From positions 608,001 through 672,000 of the forward strand of contig OY968796.1 in the NCBI GenBank assembly GCA_963695545.1: a stretch of DNA of 64,000 nucleotides. The letters are read 5' to 3'. Below, piece by piece: positions 10,578-20,953 of the stretch. The notes below the pieces were generated by a model, which made no database searches, had not been told where the DNA came from, and was given only the letters and a program-made list of their open reading frames with translations. Numbering within the stretch: position 1 is the first letter of the stretch; every line of letters starts with the position of its first letter. This DNA is from Terriglobia bacterium (GTDB lineage: Bacteria > Acidobacteriota > Terriglobia > Acidiferrales > UBA7541). Position numbers and translations under genes: made by a program.

Positions 10578-11027
10578 GTGGGATTGCTCGACGCCGACCA
10601 CCAAAAGCCACCATCGAAGCGGTTGCGCTACGTCGTCAGCGGCCTCGCGCTTCTGATTCTCGTGGGTATCGGCCTATGGTTTGCTTTCCGATACGAACCC
10701 GAGAAACGCGTGGTCGAGAATTTCATGAACGCGGTCGTCGCCGGAAATTTTCAGCAGGCTTATCAAATATGGCATCCGCATTCCAGCTATCCCTACGGCG
10801 AATTCCTCGAAGATTGGGGAACGCAGGGTTATTACGGCCCAATTTTAAGCTATCACGTGGAATCGGCCACCGAGCCGGACGGCGGAAGCGGCGTGATCGT
10901 GACCGTCGAAGTCAGCCCGTTTTCGCCCTATCCCGACGCGAACGATCCGAAAAGCGGCCGCACCAAGGAAGTGCAGATTTGGGTGGAGCGCTCGGACAAA
11001 TCGCTAAGCTTCCCGCCGCCGTCTTAA
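10578..11027 (+). CDS. Hypothetical single-TM protein
   Basis: AAGGAG RBS, GTG start, one TM followed by a soluble domain. Confidence 0.75.
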   Translation: MGLLDADHQKPPSKRLRYVVSGLALLILVGIGLWFAFRYEPEKRVVENFMNAVVAGNFQQAYQIWHPHSSYPYGEFLEDWGTQGYYGPILSYHVESATEPDGGSGVIVTVEVSPFSPYPDANDPKSGRTKEVQIWVERSDKSLSFPPPS

Positions 11028-11094
11028 CGATTTTGCGCGCCAAAAGCGATAGCGCGCTCGCGCGCTATCGCGCGCTGGCGCAGCGCCGGATGCG

Positions 11095-12183
11095 TTAGCT
11101 GAGTTCGCGAAGCGCCGCGGACAATTCCACCGGCGAAAGCGTGGCCGTGCCGAGCTTGCCGACCACGATTCCGGCGGCGATGTTCGCAAGACGCGCGGCA
11201 TCGGCAATGCGCGCCCCCGCCGCAATTCCGAGCGTCAGCACGGAAAGCACGGTGTCGCCTGCGCCAGTGACGTCGAAAACTTGCCGGCCCGCCGCGGCGC
11301 GGTCCACACCCGGCAATCCCACGCGCGCGTAGCTGACTTCAAAACTCGTCGCGGGAATATGCAGCGCGTGCGGAGCGGAATCCTCGAACACCGTCATGCC
11401 GCGTTCGCCGCGAGTGATCACCACGGCGGCGCAGCCAAAGTGCGCGAGCAGCGCGCGCCCCGCTTCTTCCAGTGAATCGTCTCCGGCGAGAGAACGTGTG
11501 ACGAAGAACCCCGCTTCCTTCGCGTTGCACACGATGGCCGTCGCGCCGCGATACGCGAACAGGCGCGACGTCTTCGGCTTGACCAGCGCGCGCACGCCGC
11601 GTCGATTGGCCTCTGCGAGCACGCGCTCCGCGAGCGCGTCGGTGACGACTCCCTTGTCGTAATCGGGCACCACCAGCGCGTCCAATCGCGGCAGCGCGAC
11701 CTTGATGCGGCGAATCAAGCGCTCTTCCAGCGCCGGAGCAAGCGGCGCGCGGCGCTCGCGATCCACGCGAACCACTTGCTGATGCCGCGCGATGATGCGC
11801 GTCTTCACGGTGGTGATGCGCGTCGCGTCCTCGAGCACGCCCTTGGCGCCGATTCCCTGCGCGGCAAAACATCGTCCCAAAGCCGCGCCCGCTTCGTCGG
11901 CGCCAATCACGCCGAACACTTCAACCGCCGCGCCCAGCGCCGCAAGATTCGCGGCGACGTTGCCCGCGCCGCCAAGCACTTGCGATTCCGACGTGAAATC
12001 CACCACCGGCACCGCGGCTTCGGGCGACATCCGATCCGCCGAACCCCACAGGTAGCGATCCAGCATCAAATCGCCAACCACGCCGATGCGGCGTCCGCGA
12101 AACGAGCGGATCAATCGCTCGAGTCGCGCTCGCGACGATTTGTTTTCAGATGCCGCCGCGGCGCGGCGGGATTTAGGACTCAT
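11095..12183 (-). CDS. rfaE1: D-glycero-beta-D-manno-heptose-7-phosphate kinase (HldE kinase domain)
   Basis: VVGDLMLDRY..RMSPEAAVPV, GGAGNVAANL, DYDKG, DVTGAGDT, VGKLGT. Confidence 0.9.
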   Translation of the reverse strand: MSPKSRRAAAASENKSSRARLERLIRSFRGRRIGVVGDLMLDRYLWGSADRMSPEAAVPVVDFTSESQVLGGAGNVAANLAALGAAVEVFGVIGADEAGAALGRCFAAQGIGAKGVLEDATRITTVKTRIIARHQQVVRVDRERRAPLAPALEERLIRRIKVALPRLDALVVPDYDKGVVTDALAERVLAEANRRGVRALVKPKTSRLFAYRGATAIVCNAKEAGFFVTRSLAGDDSLEEAGRALLAHFGCAAVVITRGERGMTVFEDSAPHALHIPATSFEVSYARVGLPGVDRAAAGRQVFDVTGAGDTVLSVLTLGIAAGARIADAARLANIAAGIVVGKLGTATLSPVELSAALRELS

Positions 12184-12373
12184 CGGATTTTGTTTCGTCG
12201 ATCTGGGCTTCGTCGGCCAACATCACAGGAAAACCGTCGCGAATCGGATAAATGCGCCGGCAAGTTTTGCAGCGCAGCGCTTCGCGATCGATCATTTGCT
12301 GGACGGGCGTGCGGCACACGGGGCAAACCAGGCGCGCCAGCAATTCGCGGTCAACAAGCACAGCAACTCCCAC
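12173..12373 (-). CDS. Trm112-family protein
   Basis: LVCPVCR..LRCKTC..YPIRDGFPVML. Confidence 0.88.
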   Translation of the reverse strand: MGVAVLVDRELLARLVCPVCRTPVQQMIDREALRCKTCRRIYPIRDGFPVMLADEAQIDETKSDES

Positions 12374-12459
12374 ACGACCCGAAGGGCCTGCGGCTCACGA
12401 CTCTAGCAGAGAGCTTTTCGCAGAAGCAACCGGCGCAGCTCGGTGCCGCCGAACTCAGC

Positions 12460-14574
12460 TCAGCGAGCCGGCCCAATGCGCAGCACAACCTCGTTCGTCC
12501 AGATGGTTCCCGGCAAAAGGTGCGCAGTCCAAACCGGCATGATCTGGGAACCTTGGTAGACGCGCTCAAATCCATCTTCGGATTCGGAAACGGTCTCGAT
12601 CGGCGCGACCCAGAAATGTTTGGCTTCGCGTGCCTCAATAACCACCGCGACATTCTGCCAGCCGTCCACCACGCGCAGCGACGGTCCCGACGCAATCCCG
12701 ATCCACGCGAGGCGGTGATCGCCGTCGGCGGTTTGAAAGAGGCGGTCAGGCTCGTCCGGCGCGAGAAAGTTCAGGACGATTTCGATGCCGGCCTCGAACT
12801 CCGCCGAGGAGGTGCCGACCAGCGACATCTCGACCGCGCAACGAACCTCGAAGCCGGGACCGGCCGGCGCAAAGTCGAATCGTTTGAGAACGTGCAGCGT
12901 GCCCTGGCCCACGGTCGCTTCGGCCGTCGCGATCACGCGCCCGCCGGTGACTTCCTCGATGCGATACGCGCCCCCGGCGAACGCCGCGTGCTCTTGAAGA
13001 CGCAGAGCGTCGTAGTCATCGAGCGTTTTGTGCGGCGGAAACAGCACGAGGCGGAACGCGTGGCGCGGCCAGCGGTCGTATCGAAGCCGGCGCTCGAGAC
13101 CTTCTTCCTTGGCGCGCGTGCGATCGTGAATCGAAGTGACCTCGGATGCGGTTCCGCTCGAAAGGGCGCGCAAGCGATCGTGATACGCCTCGGGGCGACG
13201 CATCATCGAATTGATCAGCGTGGCCCCGGCTCGGCGATCGTCGAGCGCGGCGATAGTTGCGCCGTCGCTGGGCTTCACGAGCGCGGAAAATCGCGGCGAC
13301 GTGACGATCACTTCGTCGGCGCCGTCGGAATCGAAATCTGAGGTCGTCGCGCAGACCTCGTGCTGGCCGCGACCGCGGACCGATTCAGCGAGCGTTTCGG
13401 CGCGGATCGCCTCGCGCCACAGCGCAGTGCGCAGGTGCGGCGCGTAGACACCGCCGAAAACGCCGTGCCAGTAGGCGTCGTTGCACTGCCCGCGCAGAAC
13501 ATGTGTTCGCGCTTCGGCCAGTTTTTGCGCGGCGGCGGCGCCGCGACGGCGGTGGCCCAACAGTTCGATTTCGCGCGAAGCGCGCAGCATTTTCTTGTTC
13601 AGGAGATTCGATTCGGCGTACTTGCTGAAAAACCCGCGCCAAAAATTCCCGGAAAGAAACTGCAGCACTTCCGGTTCGTTCGCGAAACGCTGCCGAACAT
13701 TATGGAAGCGCATGCGAGCGGCGGTGGGAAGCGCCCACTCCATCATTTCGGTGTACGAGGCGGCGGGCAGATCGGCGCGGCCGAGAGGCGCGTGCGTTGC
13801 AAGATATTCGCCCGGAGGCACAACCGAAAGCCACGACGATTCCACCTCGAGCGCGGAGAAGAAGCGGTCGAGCCAGCCGTTTGTATAGCAATGATCGTAG
13901 GTGCCCGGCCAGGAGCCAAATTTTTCGAGATCGTCGCCCATCGCGGCCATTCCGTCGGGATGGCGCGAAGAGGAATCGCGCAGAAACCCCACGACTTCGC
14001 CGACGTCGCGGAACGGCACAAGGTAGCGCAACGCCTGCAAGCCCGGAACGAGCTTGACGTTGTGGCCGCCGTCCTCAGCGACATAGCAGCCGAACATCTG
14101 CTCCGGCTCGAAGCCTGCGGAAAGAAAATGGCTGTCGTCCACCAGCGTGTATTCCACGCCCGCAGCTGCGAGCGACGACGGCAATTGTGGCTCCCACACG
14201 CGCTCGGCGAGCCACGCGCCGCGTGGACGCTTTCCGAAGTAGCGCTCGAGGAACGCGGCGAGACGTTCGATTTGTTCGCGCTGGTCCGCAAGCGGGATGG
14301 AGATCAAAATCGGTTCGTAGAATCCGCCGCCGACGAGCTCGATCTGCCCGCGCGCGGCCATCTCCGCGAGCTGCGCGAAATATTCCGGATGCGTCGCGGA
14401 CAACCATTCAAGCAAAGGTCCGGAATAGTGCAGGCCAATGCGAACACCCGGGTGCCGCGCCAGGCATTCAATAAACGGCAAATACGACTGGCGATAAGTG
14501 CGCTCGAAAACCGCGTCAAAATTGCCGACGGGTTGATGCGCGTGTATCAGCAGAACAAAGTGGAACTTCGGCAC
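12460..14574 (-). CDS. GH57 4-alpha-glucanotransferase/amylase
   Basis: HAHQP, GAWLAERVWEP, DDLEKFG, QCNDAYWHGVFGG, C-terminal SEDGFERVYQG. Confidence 0.92.
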   Translation of the reverse strand: MPKFHFVLLIHAHQPVGNFDAVFERTYRQSYLPFIECLARHPGVRIGLHYSGPLLEWLSATHPEYFAQLAEMAARGQIELVGGGFYEPILISIPLADQREQIERLAAFLERYFGKRPRGAWLAERVWEPQLPSSLAAAGVEYTLVDDSHFLSAGFEPEQMFGCYVAEDGGHNVKLVPGLQALRYLVPFRDVGEVVGFLRDSSSRHPDGMAAMGDDLEKFGSWPGTYDHCYTNGWLDRFFSALEVESSWLSVVPPGEYLATHAPLGRADLPAASYTEMMEWALPTAARMRFHNVRQRFANEPEVLQFLSGNFWRGFFSKYAESNLLNKKMLRASREIELLGHRRRGAAAAQKLAEARTHVLRGQCNDAYWHGVFGGVYAPHLRTALWREAIRAETLAESVRGRGQHEVCATTSDFDSDGADEVIVTSPRFSALVKPSDGATIAALDDRRAGATLINSMMRRPEAYHDRLRALSSGTASEVTSIHDRTRAKEEGLERRLRYDRWPRHAFRLVLFPPHKTLDDYDALRLQEHAAFAGGAYRIEEVTGGRVIATAEATVGQGTLHVLKRFDFAPAGPGFEVRCAVEMSLVGTSSAEFEAGIEIVLNFLAPDEPDRLFQTADGDHRLAWIGIASGPSLRVVDGWQNVAVVIEAREAKHFWVAPIETVSESEDGFERVYQGSQIMPVWTAHLLPGTIWTNEVVLRIGPAR

Positions 14575-14774
14575 GCGGCCACCACGCTTGGGATTCTCTT
14601 AGGATGATTGCGCCGCGGGAGGATCCTCAGCGCACGAGACGCTCGAGGGCCCGGCCCCGGCGGCAAACTTCGGGCGGCCTCGTCGGGGAGACCAAAAGAA
14701 ACGGCGGAGCGCCAGGGCCCCGCCGTCATCACGATGCTCGCGAGTTGCAGCGGATGGTGCCGCGAATCCGGCGG

Positions 14775-15041
14775 CTACGCTTTCTTCTCGTACCAATCGG
14801 AGTTCACTTTCGTGAAGCTCGACCATTTCTCAGGAAGATCCTCGAGCGCAAAAATCGCGGTCACCGGGCAAACCGGCACGCAGGCTCCGCAATCGATACA
14901 TTCTACGGGGCTTATGTAGAGTTGCGGCTCGGCCTCGAAGGTCGGCTCATCCTTGCGCGGGTGGATGCAGTCCACCGGACAGACATCCACGCAGGCCGTA
15001 TCCTTGGTTCCGATACACGGCTCAGCGATTACGTAGGCCAT
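14775..15041 (-). CDS. Ferredoxin (7Fe/4Fe-4S dicluster type)
   Basis: CVDVCPVDCIH..CIDCGACVPVCP. Confidence 0.95.
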   Translation of the reverse strand: MAYVIAEPCIGTKDTACVDVCPVDCIHPRKDEPTFEAEPQLYISPVECIDCGACVPVCPVTAIFALEDLPEKWSSFTKVNSDWYEKKA

Positions 15042-15119
15042 CGCGTGTCTCCTTAGCAGCCAGACCAGCCTGCTTCACCGAATTTGCGCTGCAAACCGCC
15101 GCAAACAGGTCGAAAAAAG

Positions 15120-15148
15120 TTTATATCACCAAACTCGGAGGCGCACAA
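15120..15148 (-). promoter_or_regulatory. Putative sigma70 promoter of the ferredoxin gene (TTGTGC-N17-TATAAA, extended -10)
   Basis: Motif and spacing only. Confidence 0.4.
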
Positions 15149-15311
15149 GTCACCCGACCCAGGCCCGATTTGGGACCCTATGCCTAGGCTACATTCTAGC
15201 AGGTACGCGGTGGCGACGCCCTGCAGCCGCTAACGCACAATCCGAGGCGGCACTGCGGCGTTAGCTACGACAACCACCGGGATATTGCGGCTTCGGGGCC
15301 GGGGTCGCGCT

Positions 15312-15929
15312 CTAGTAGCACAGGCCTACGATTTTGCGAACGTGCTCGGGATGCTCCCCTTCATTGAGAAAAAAATGCGCGACGTCGGCGCGCGAGATCG
15401 AGCGCGCTTTACCCGGCAGCGAGCCGTCGGCAATTTGATAGGACTCGGTTTTCGGACCATTGGTCAGGCGCGGTGGACGCGCGATCGTCCAATCGAGGCC
15501 GCTTTCCATCACGAGCTTTTCCATTTCGCGCGAATCGTTGAGGCCGTGCCGGAGGATGTAACTGATGATGGGAGTTAGAACGGGAGGGCCCACGTCCGGA
15601 AATAGCAGCGCGGCCGATAGCATCAGCAGCCGGCGCATGCCGCCCGCCTGCATGGCTTGAATCACGCACTTGGCCGAGGCCGCGATCAATGGCGTGGCTT
15701 TTAGATCGCGATGACCGAGCGTGGAAATCACCACGTCCTGGGCCACGAGCACGCGCGCAATTTGCTCGGCGTTGGTCACATCTCCACCGTGTACCACGAG
15801 GGCGGGATTACGAACGGTGATTTTCTGAGGCGAGCGAACCAGCGCAGTGATGACGTGTCCGCGCGCCAACCCCTGCTCAATTAAGGCGCGGCCTGTGCCT
15901 CCGGTTGCGCCTAAGAGAAAGATATTCAT
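15312..15929 (-). CDS. NAD(P)H-binding oxidoreductase (flavin reductase/NmrA-like)
   Basis: GATGGTG, LDWTIARP, ISRADVA. Confidence 0.9.
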   Translation of the reverse strand: MNIFLLGATGGTGRALIEQGLARGHVITALVRSPQKITVRNPALVVHGGDVTNAEQIARVLVAQDVVISTLGHRDLKATPLIAASAKCVIQAMQAGGMRRLLMLSAALLFPDVGPPVLTPIISYILRHGLNDSREMEKLVMESGLDWTIARPPRLTNGPKTESYQIADGSLPGKARSISRADVAHFFLNEGEHPEHVRKIVGLCY

Positions 15930-15949
15930 GATCGGCCCCTCGCGAGCTC

Positions 15950-16504
15950 TTAGGTCTTCCGTTTGCTGATGTCGCAAAGCATGTCTGAATGGATGTTCAG
16001 GCCGATGTTGGTCATGTTGTAGACGTGTTCGCTGGCGACCAGCCAGACGATTTCGCAGATCGCGCGTTCGGAATAATGGCGGGACATCCGCGCGAAGGTT
16101 TCCGGATTAATTTTCTTGTCGCGCGTCAGCTCGGTCACATAGTCGAGCGCTGAGCGTTCTGCCTCGGAGAAAAGAGGGCTGGTGCTGTGTTCATCGAGCG
16201 CGTCGAATTTGGCTTCATTCATCGACGCTTTGATCGCGAACGACCGGGCGATGTCTATGCAGAAAAGGCAGACGTTGATGCGCGCCACCTGATGGCGGAT
16301 GAGCATCGCGGTTTCCTTCGGGAGCAGCAGCTTCTTATCGAGCGAGCCAATTTTCCCGTAGAACATGCCGAAGGCGAGCGGCATCCGCGCGGAAAATACC
16401 TTTAGCGGCGTGAGCACTTTGCCGAATTGCCGGCGCGTCGCGGCATACACAAACTTCATCATCAGCCCACGCGGCTTTTCAATCGGTGGAAGGAAGGTAT
16501 CCAT
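15950..16504 (-). CDS. Carboxymuconolactone decarboxylase/AhpD-like protein
   Basis: Start MDTFLPP; VARINVCLFCID, FSEAERSALDY. Confidence 0.85.
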   Translation of the reverse strand: MDTFLPPIEKPRGLMMKFVYAATRRQFGKVLTPLKVFSARMPLAFGMFYGKIGSLDKKLLLPKETAMLIRHQVARINVCLFCIDIARSFAIKASMNEAKFDALDEHSTSPLFSEAERSALDYVTELTRDKKINPETFARMSRHYSERAICEIVWLVASEHVYNMTNIGLNIHSDMLCDISKRKT

Positions 16505-16509
16505 TGCGG

Positions 16510-17070
16510 TCACGCCTCCAATTCCAGTGTGCGCGGACGACGGAAGGTCTGCACGCTGACGACAAGCCCGGCAAGCGTCGCGCACGCAAGGACCACCAAG
16601 CTTGGCACCAGAGCCGGCTTTCCCGTCATCAGGTATACAATTCCGAGGGCCAGCGCCAATCGAATTCGCAGCGACGCGACGAGCAACGGGTCGTGCGCCA
16701 GGGTGCGGAGCCCGATTGGCACCGGGCCCGCGCCCTCGAGGTGTACGGCGCGAATTCTGCGCAGTCGGCGGCCGGTGACCGCTCCACCCAGTGCGCCGAT
16801 GATGACGAGGGCGGCGAGCGAGGGCACGATCCAACCGACGCTCGCGCGGCCGATTTTTGCCGCGAGATAACCTCCGGTGAGCAGAACCAGCGCGCCCGAG
16901 GAGCCGAACAGAATGGGAACGCTGCGAAGAGCGCCGATCGCGGCGCGAAAATCGGCGGCGGCGGCCGCTTTGCGGAACAACGCCGTGGAGACCCATTCAA
17001 GTCCGAGGCCGACGAAAATACCCATGGCGGCGACAATGTGCAGGAACAGGATGACCGAGTAAAACGTCAT
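16510..17070 (-). CDS. Membrane protein, DUF2269-like
   Basis: LFLHIVAA..LLTGGYL..YLMTGKP, 4-5 TMs, AGGAGG RBS. Confidence 0.75.
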   Translation of the reverse strand: MTFYSVILFLHIVAAMGIFVGLGLEWVSTALFRKAAAAADFRAAIGALRSVPILFGSSGALVLLTGGYLAAKIGRASVGWIVPSLAALVIIGALGGAVTGRRLRRIRAVHLEGAGPVPIGLRTLAHDPLLVASLRIRLALALGIVYLMTGKPALVPSLVVLACATLAGLVVSVQTFRRPRTLELEA

Positions 17071-17146
17071 GTGTGCCTCCTTAGAAACAAGCTGCGCGCC
17101 GTTTGAATATAGCTTACTATACTGAATATGTCTAGATATAGCTAAA

Positions 17147-17782
17147 ATGAAAAAACAACCACAACGTCGCTATCGTTCGACTCACCGCGACCAGCAGGCG
17201 GACCAGACCCGCCGGCGCATCGAGGATGCCGCGCTGCGCCTTTTCTTGCGCAAAGGCGTCGAAGAGACGACCATGCATGCGATTGCGCGCGAAGCCGGCG
17301 TGGCCACGCCGACGGTTTATTCCGTCTTCAAATCGAAACGCGGAATCGTGGAGGGGCTGATCGAACGCGCCCTGTTCACGCCGGCCTACGACGCCCTGGT
17401 GCGCGAAGCGTTGGGCTCGCACGATCCAGCCACGCGGCTGCGGTACGCCGCGCGAATCGCGAGGGGGATTTTCGATTCGCTGCGCGGCCAGGCGAAATTG
17501 CTGCGCGCTGCGAGCGCGATCGTGCCCGATCTGATGCGCGATAAGGAGCGCATGCGATTCGAGCGGCAGGCGGGCCTGGTGGATCTTCTGGTGCGAGCGA
17601 ATGCGCTTCGCCACGGCGTCGATCGGGGCGCGGCGCGCGACATCTTGTGGACGCTTACGAATCGGGAGAACTATCGAAATCTGGTCGGAGAGCGCGGCTG
17701 GAGTTCGCAGCACTACGAAGATTGGCTGGGCGACACGCTGGTCGCCACACTGTTGAAACCGAGACGCGCAAATTCCAAATAA
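17147..17782 (+). CDS. TetR/AcrR-family regulator, divergent from the three-gene operon
   Basis: TTMHAIAREAGVATPTVYSVFKSK helix-turn-helix. Confidence 0.93.
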   Translation: MKKQPQRRYRSTHRDQQADQTRRRIEDAALRLFLRKGVEETTMHAIAREAGVATPTVYSVFKSKRGIVEGLIERALFTPAYDALVREALGSHDPATRLRYAARIARGIFDSLRGQAKLLRAASAIVPDLMRDKERMRFERQAGLVDLLVRANALRHGVDRGAARDILWTLTNRENYRNLVGERGWSSQHYEDWLGDTLVATLLKPRRANSK

Positions 17783-17866
17783 ATATGCATCGCGGCATTC
17801 AGCGCCGCGACCGCGTTAGAATAATCGAGTGCGTTCCGGCCAGATGCAGGAACGCGGAGGATTTCG

Positions 17867-18589
17867 ATGCTGCGCACGAACGGAAATAAAATCACCTGGC
17901 TCGGCCATGCGAGCTTCGCCTTCACGACGCCGAGCGGCAGCGTGACCCTGATCGACCCATGGCTTGCGGGCAATCCCGCGTGCCCGCCGGCGCTCAAGAA
18001 ACCGGCGCGCGTGGACGCGATGCTGATCACGCACGGCCACGGCGATCACTTCGGCGACGTGCTGCCGCTGGCGCGCGCGCACAAACCAAAAATCGCCGCG
18101 ATCTACGAAACCGCGAACTGGTTGGAATCGCAGAAAATTGAAAACGTTACGGCGATGAGCAAGGGCGGCACGGTAAAGCTGGGCGAAATCGAAGCCACCA
18201 TGGTGAATGCGTTTCATTCAAACGGCATCGATTCGGGCAAGCCAGACGAGCCCATGATTTATGGCGGCGAGCCGGCGGGCTTCGTCGTGCGCATGCCCGG
18301 CGGCCTCGCGATTTATCACGCGGGAGACACATGCGTGTTCGGCGACATGAAGATCATCGGCGAGCTGTACCGGCCAGACGTCGCCTGCCTGCCAATCGGA
18401 GACCTATACACGATGGGGCCGCGCGAAGCGGCTTACGCGATTCGCTTACTCGGAGTACACCACATGATCCCGATGCATTACGGCACATTCCCGGCGCTCA
18501 CTGGCACGCCCGACGCCTTGCGCGCCGAAACGAAAGGCATTCCGGAGCTTGAGATTCATGTGCTCAAGCCCGGCGAATCGCTTGGCTAG
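17867..18589 (+). CDS. Metal-dependent hydrolase, MBL fold (UPF0173-like)
   Basis: WLGHA, THGHGDH, HAGDT, PMHYGTF. Confidence 0.92.
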   Translation: MLRTNGNKITWLGHASFAFTTPSGSVTLIDPWLAGNPACPPALKKPARVDAMLITHGHGDHFGDVLPLARAHKPKIAAIYETANWLESQKIENVTAMSKGGTVKLGEIEATMVNAFHSNGIDSGKPDEPMIYGGEPAGFVVRMPGGLAIYHAGDTCVFGDMKIIGELYRPDVACLPIGDLYTMGPREAAYAIRLLGVHHMIPMHYGTFPALTGTPDALRAETKGIPELEIHVLKPGESLG

Positions 18590-18631
18590 GCGCGAGATCA
18601 AAAACTTCAAAGAAGAAAGAGAGAGAATCCA

Positions 18632-19264
18632 ATGCCGGGAGAAATCCTGAACGAAGCGGTTGAACGTTATCTCGAGGATCTGTTGCCGCCGCGCGATGCA
18701 ATCGTCACGGAGATGGAAGCATTAGCGAAACGTGACTCGCACCCTATCGTGGGACCTGTGGTAGCGCGCTTGCTGGCACTGATGACGCAAATTTTAGACG
18801 CGAAACGGATTTTCGAGTTCGGTTCCGCCATCGGCTATTCCACGCTATGTTTTGCGCGAGCTGCGGGATCTGGCGCGGAGGTGCATTACACGGACAACAA
18901 TCCGGAGAACGCCGCGCGCGCGAAGGAATTTCTGACGCGCGCGGGCGTGCTCTCGCGCGTGCGTTTCCACGTGGGCGACGCGCTCGCGTCGTTTCGGCAA
19001 ACGCGCGGCGGCTTCGATTTGATTTTCTGCGATCTCGACAAGAAGCAATATCCCGCCGCGTTGCGATTGGCGCTGCCGCGCCTGAGGCACGGCGGTTTGT
19101 TCATCGCCGACAACACACTGTGGCGCGGAAGCGTAGCGCACGCGTCGGAAGAAGAACCCACGCGCACGATCCAAAAATTCAACCGCATGATTTATGCGTC
19201 GAAAGATCTGCTGCCGGTGATCGTGCCGCTGCGAGATGGCGTGACCATCTGCCGCAAACGCTAG
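18632..19264 (+). CDS. Class I SAM-dependent O-methyltransferase
   Basis: EFGSAIGYST, FDLIFCDLDK, ADNTLWRG. Confidence 0.92.
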   Translation: MPGEILNEAVERYLEDLLPPRDAIVTEMEALAKRDSHPIVGPVVARLLALMTQILDAKRIFEFGSAIGYSTLCFARAAGSGAEVHYTDNNPENAARAKEFLTRAGVLSRVRFHVGDALASFRQTRGGFDLIFCDLDKKQYPAALRLALPRLRHGGLFIADNTLWRGSVAHASEEEPTRTIQKFNRMIYASKDLLPVIVPLRDGVTICRKR

Positions 19265-19294
19265 CGCAAGCGCGCAGCGTGGCTCACGCGCGCT

Positions 19295-20221
19295 TCAGTG
19301 CTTTTCCACTTCGAGGAAGCGCTCCGCATCGAGCGCGGCCATGCAGCCGGAACCCGCGGCCGTGACGGCCTGGCGGTAATGCCGATCCTGAGCGTCTCCC
19401 GCGGCAAACACTCCCGGCACATTCGTGTGGCTGCCGCGATTTGTGATCAGGTAACCTTCGGCATCCATATCGAGCTTGCCGCGAAAGACCTTGGTGTTCG
19501 GGTCGTGGCCGATGGCGACGAAGATGCCTTCGACCGGCAGCGTCGACTTCTCGTTGGTCTCCACGTTGTGCAAGTCGATCGCTTCGACCGCGCCCTTCTC
19601 AACGCCGTGCACCTTGTCGACCACGGCGGGCGTGATGATGTGAACCTTTTCATTCGCCCGCGCGCGCTCCTGCATGATCTTTGAGGCGCGGAATTCATTG
19701 CGGCGGTGAATCAGATGCACGCGGCTGGCAAACTTGGTGAGGAAGTTGGCCTCTTCGATGGCCGAATCGCCGCCGCCAACGACAGCGATATCCTTGCCCC
19801 GAAAAAAATATCCGTCGCAGGTCGCGCAGGTCGAAACGCCGCGGCCCATGAGCTGCCTTTCACCTTCGAGCCCCAGTAGTCGCGCCACCGCGCCCGCGGC
19901 GACGATCAGCGTTTCGGCCTGATAGGTTTCCGATCCAGCGGTGATCGCGAACGGACGGCGCGACAAATCCACCTCGCTGACGGCGCCGGCGCGAAACTCC
20001 GCGCCAAAACGCTCGGCCTGCTTGCGCATGTTGTCGATCAGCTCGGGTCCCAAAATGCCGTCGGGAAATCCCGGATAGTTTTCGACCATCGTCGTCAGCG
20101 TGAGCTGGCCGCCAGGTTCGTAACCATCGATCACGACCGGCTTCAGACTAGCGCGCGCGGCGTAGATCGCCGCGGTCAAACCGGCGCAACCGCTCCCGAT
20201 GATCACTACTTTCTCCGCCAT
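19295..20221 (-). CDS. trxB: Thioredoxin-disulfide reductase
   Basis: GSGCAG, CATCDG, GGGDSA, GVFAAGD, YRQAVTAAG. Confidence 0.96.
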   Translation of the reverse strand: MAEKVVIIGSGCAGLTAAIYAARASLKPVVIDGYEPGGQLTLTTMVENYPGFPDGILGPELIDNMRKQAERFGAEFRAGAVSEVDLSRRPFAITAGSETYQAETLIVAAGAVARLLGLEGERQLMGRGVSTCATCDGYFFRGKDIAVVGGGDSAIEEANFLTKFASRVHLIHRRNEFRASKIMQERARANEKVHIITPAVVDKVHGVEKGAVEAIDLHNVETNEKSTLPVEGIFVAIGHDPNTKVFRGKLDMDAEGYLITNRGSHTNVPGVFAAGDAQDRHYRQAVTAAGSGCMAALDAERFLEVEKH

Positions 20222-20396
20222 GAAATTCCTTTCCCTTGGTTTCTTCGCGGGACAGCGCATTAGATGCGCCAGAATCGAGTTTAGCATCAGGCGCATTCGG
20301 AGCAAACTCGTCCCCGCGTGCCCCGAAGCTGGCGGCAAAGGTCCGAGTGCGCGATAATGCCGGGCGGTCACGATCTTCGATTCCAAGGAGAATCAT

Positions 20397-20921
20397 TTGG
20401 CGCGCACCCCAGGAACGTACGCAGTGTTCGATACTTCGCTCGGCACGATCGTCATCCGGCTGTTCGAGAAGGAAGCCCCGAAAACCGTGGCGAATTTCGT
20501 GGGCTTGGCGGAAGGAACTGTCGAGTTTCGCGACGCGCGGACCGGCAAAAAAGAGAAGCGCCCGTTTTACGATGGCCTGACGTTTCATCGCGTAATTCCC
20601 GACTTCATGATTCAAGGCGGCTGCCCGCTGGGCACGGGTACCGGCGATCCGGGCTACCGTTTCGCCGACGAATTTCATCCTTCGCTCAAGCACGACGGTC
20701 CCGGAAAGCTTTCCATGGCGAATTCAGGACCCAACACCAACGGCAGCCAATTTTTCATCACCGTTGCGGCCACGCCGTGGCTCGATCGTAAGCACACGAT
20801 TTTCGGCGAGATCGTCGAGGGACAGGACGTAGCCACGAAAATCTCGGAGACGCCGCGCGATTCCGGCGACCGGCCCAGGCAACCTGTGCTGCTGAAAACC
20901 GTGCGCATCGAGCGAGTTTAG
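20397..20921 (+). CDS. Cyclophilin-type peptidylprolyl isomerase
   Basis: FHRVIPDFMIQGG, SMANSGPNTNGSQFFIT; AAGGAG RBS with TTG start. Confidence 0.95.
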   Translation: MARTPGTYAVFDTSLGTIVIRLFEKEAPKTVANFVGLAEGTVEFRDARTGKKEKRPFYDGLTFHRVIPDFMIQGGCPLGTGTGDPGYRFADEFHPSLKHDGPGKLSMANSGPNTNGSQFFITVAATPWLDRKHTIFGEIVEGQDVATKISETPRDSGDRPRQPVLLKTVRIERV

Positions 20922-20953
20922 GCGAGCGCGGGCCGCTTCGCCGCGGAGCTTCT

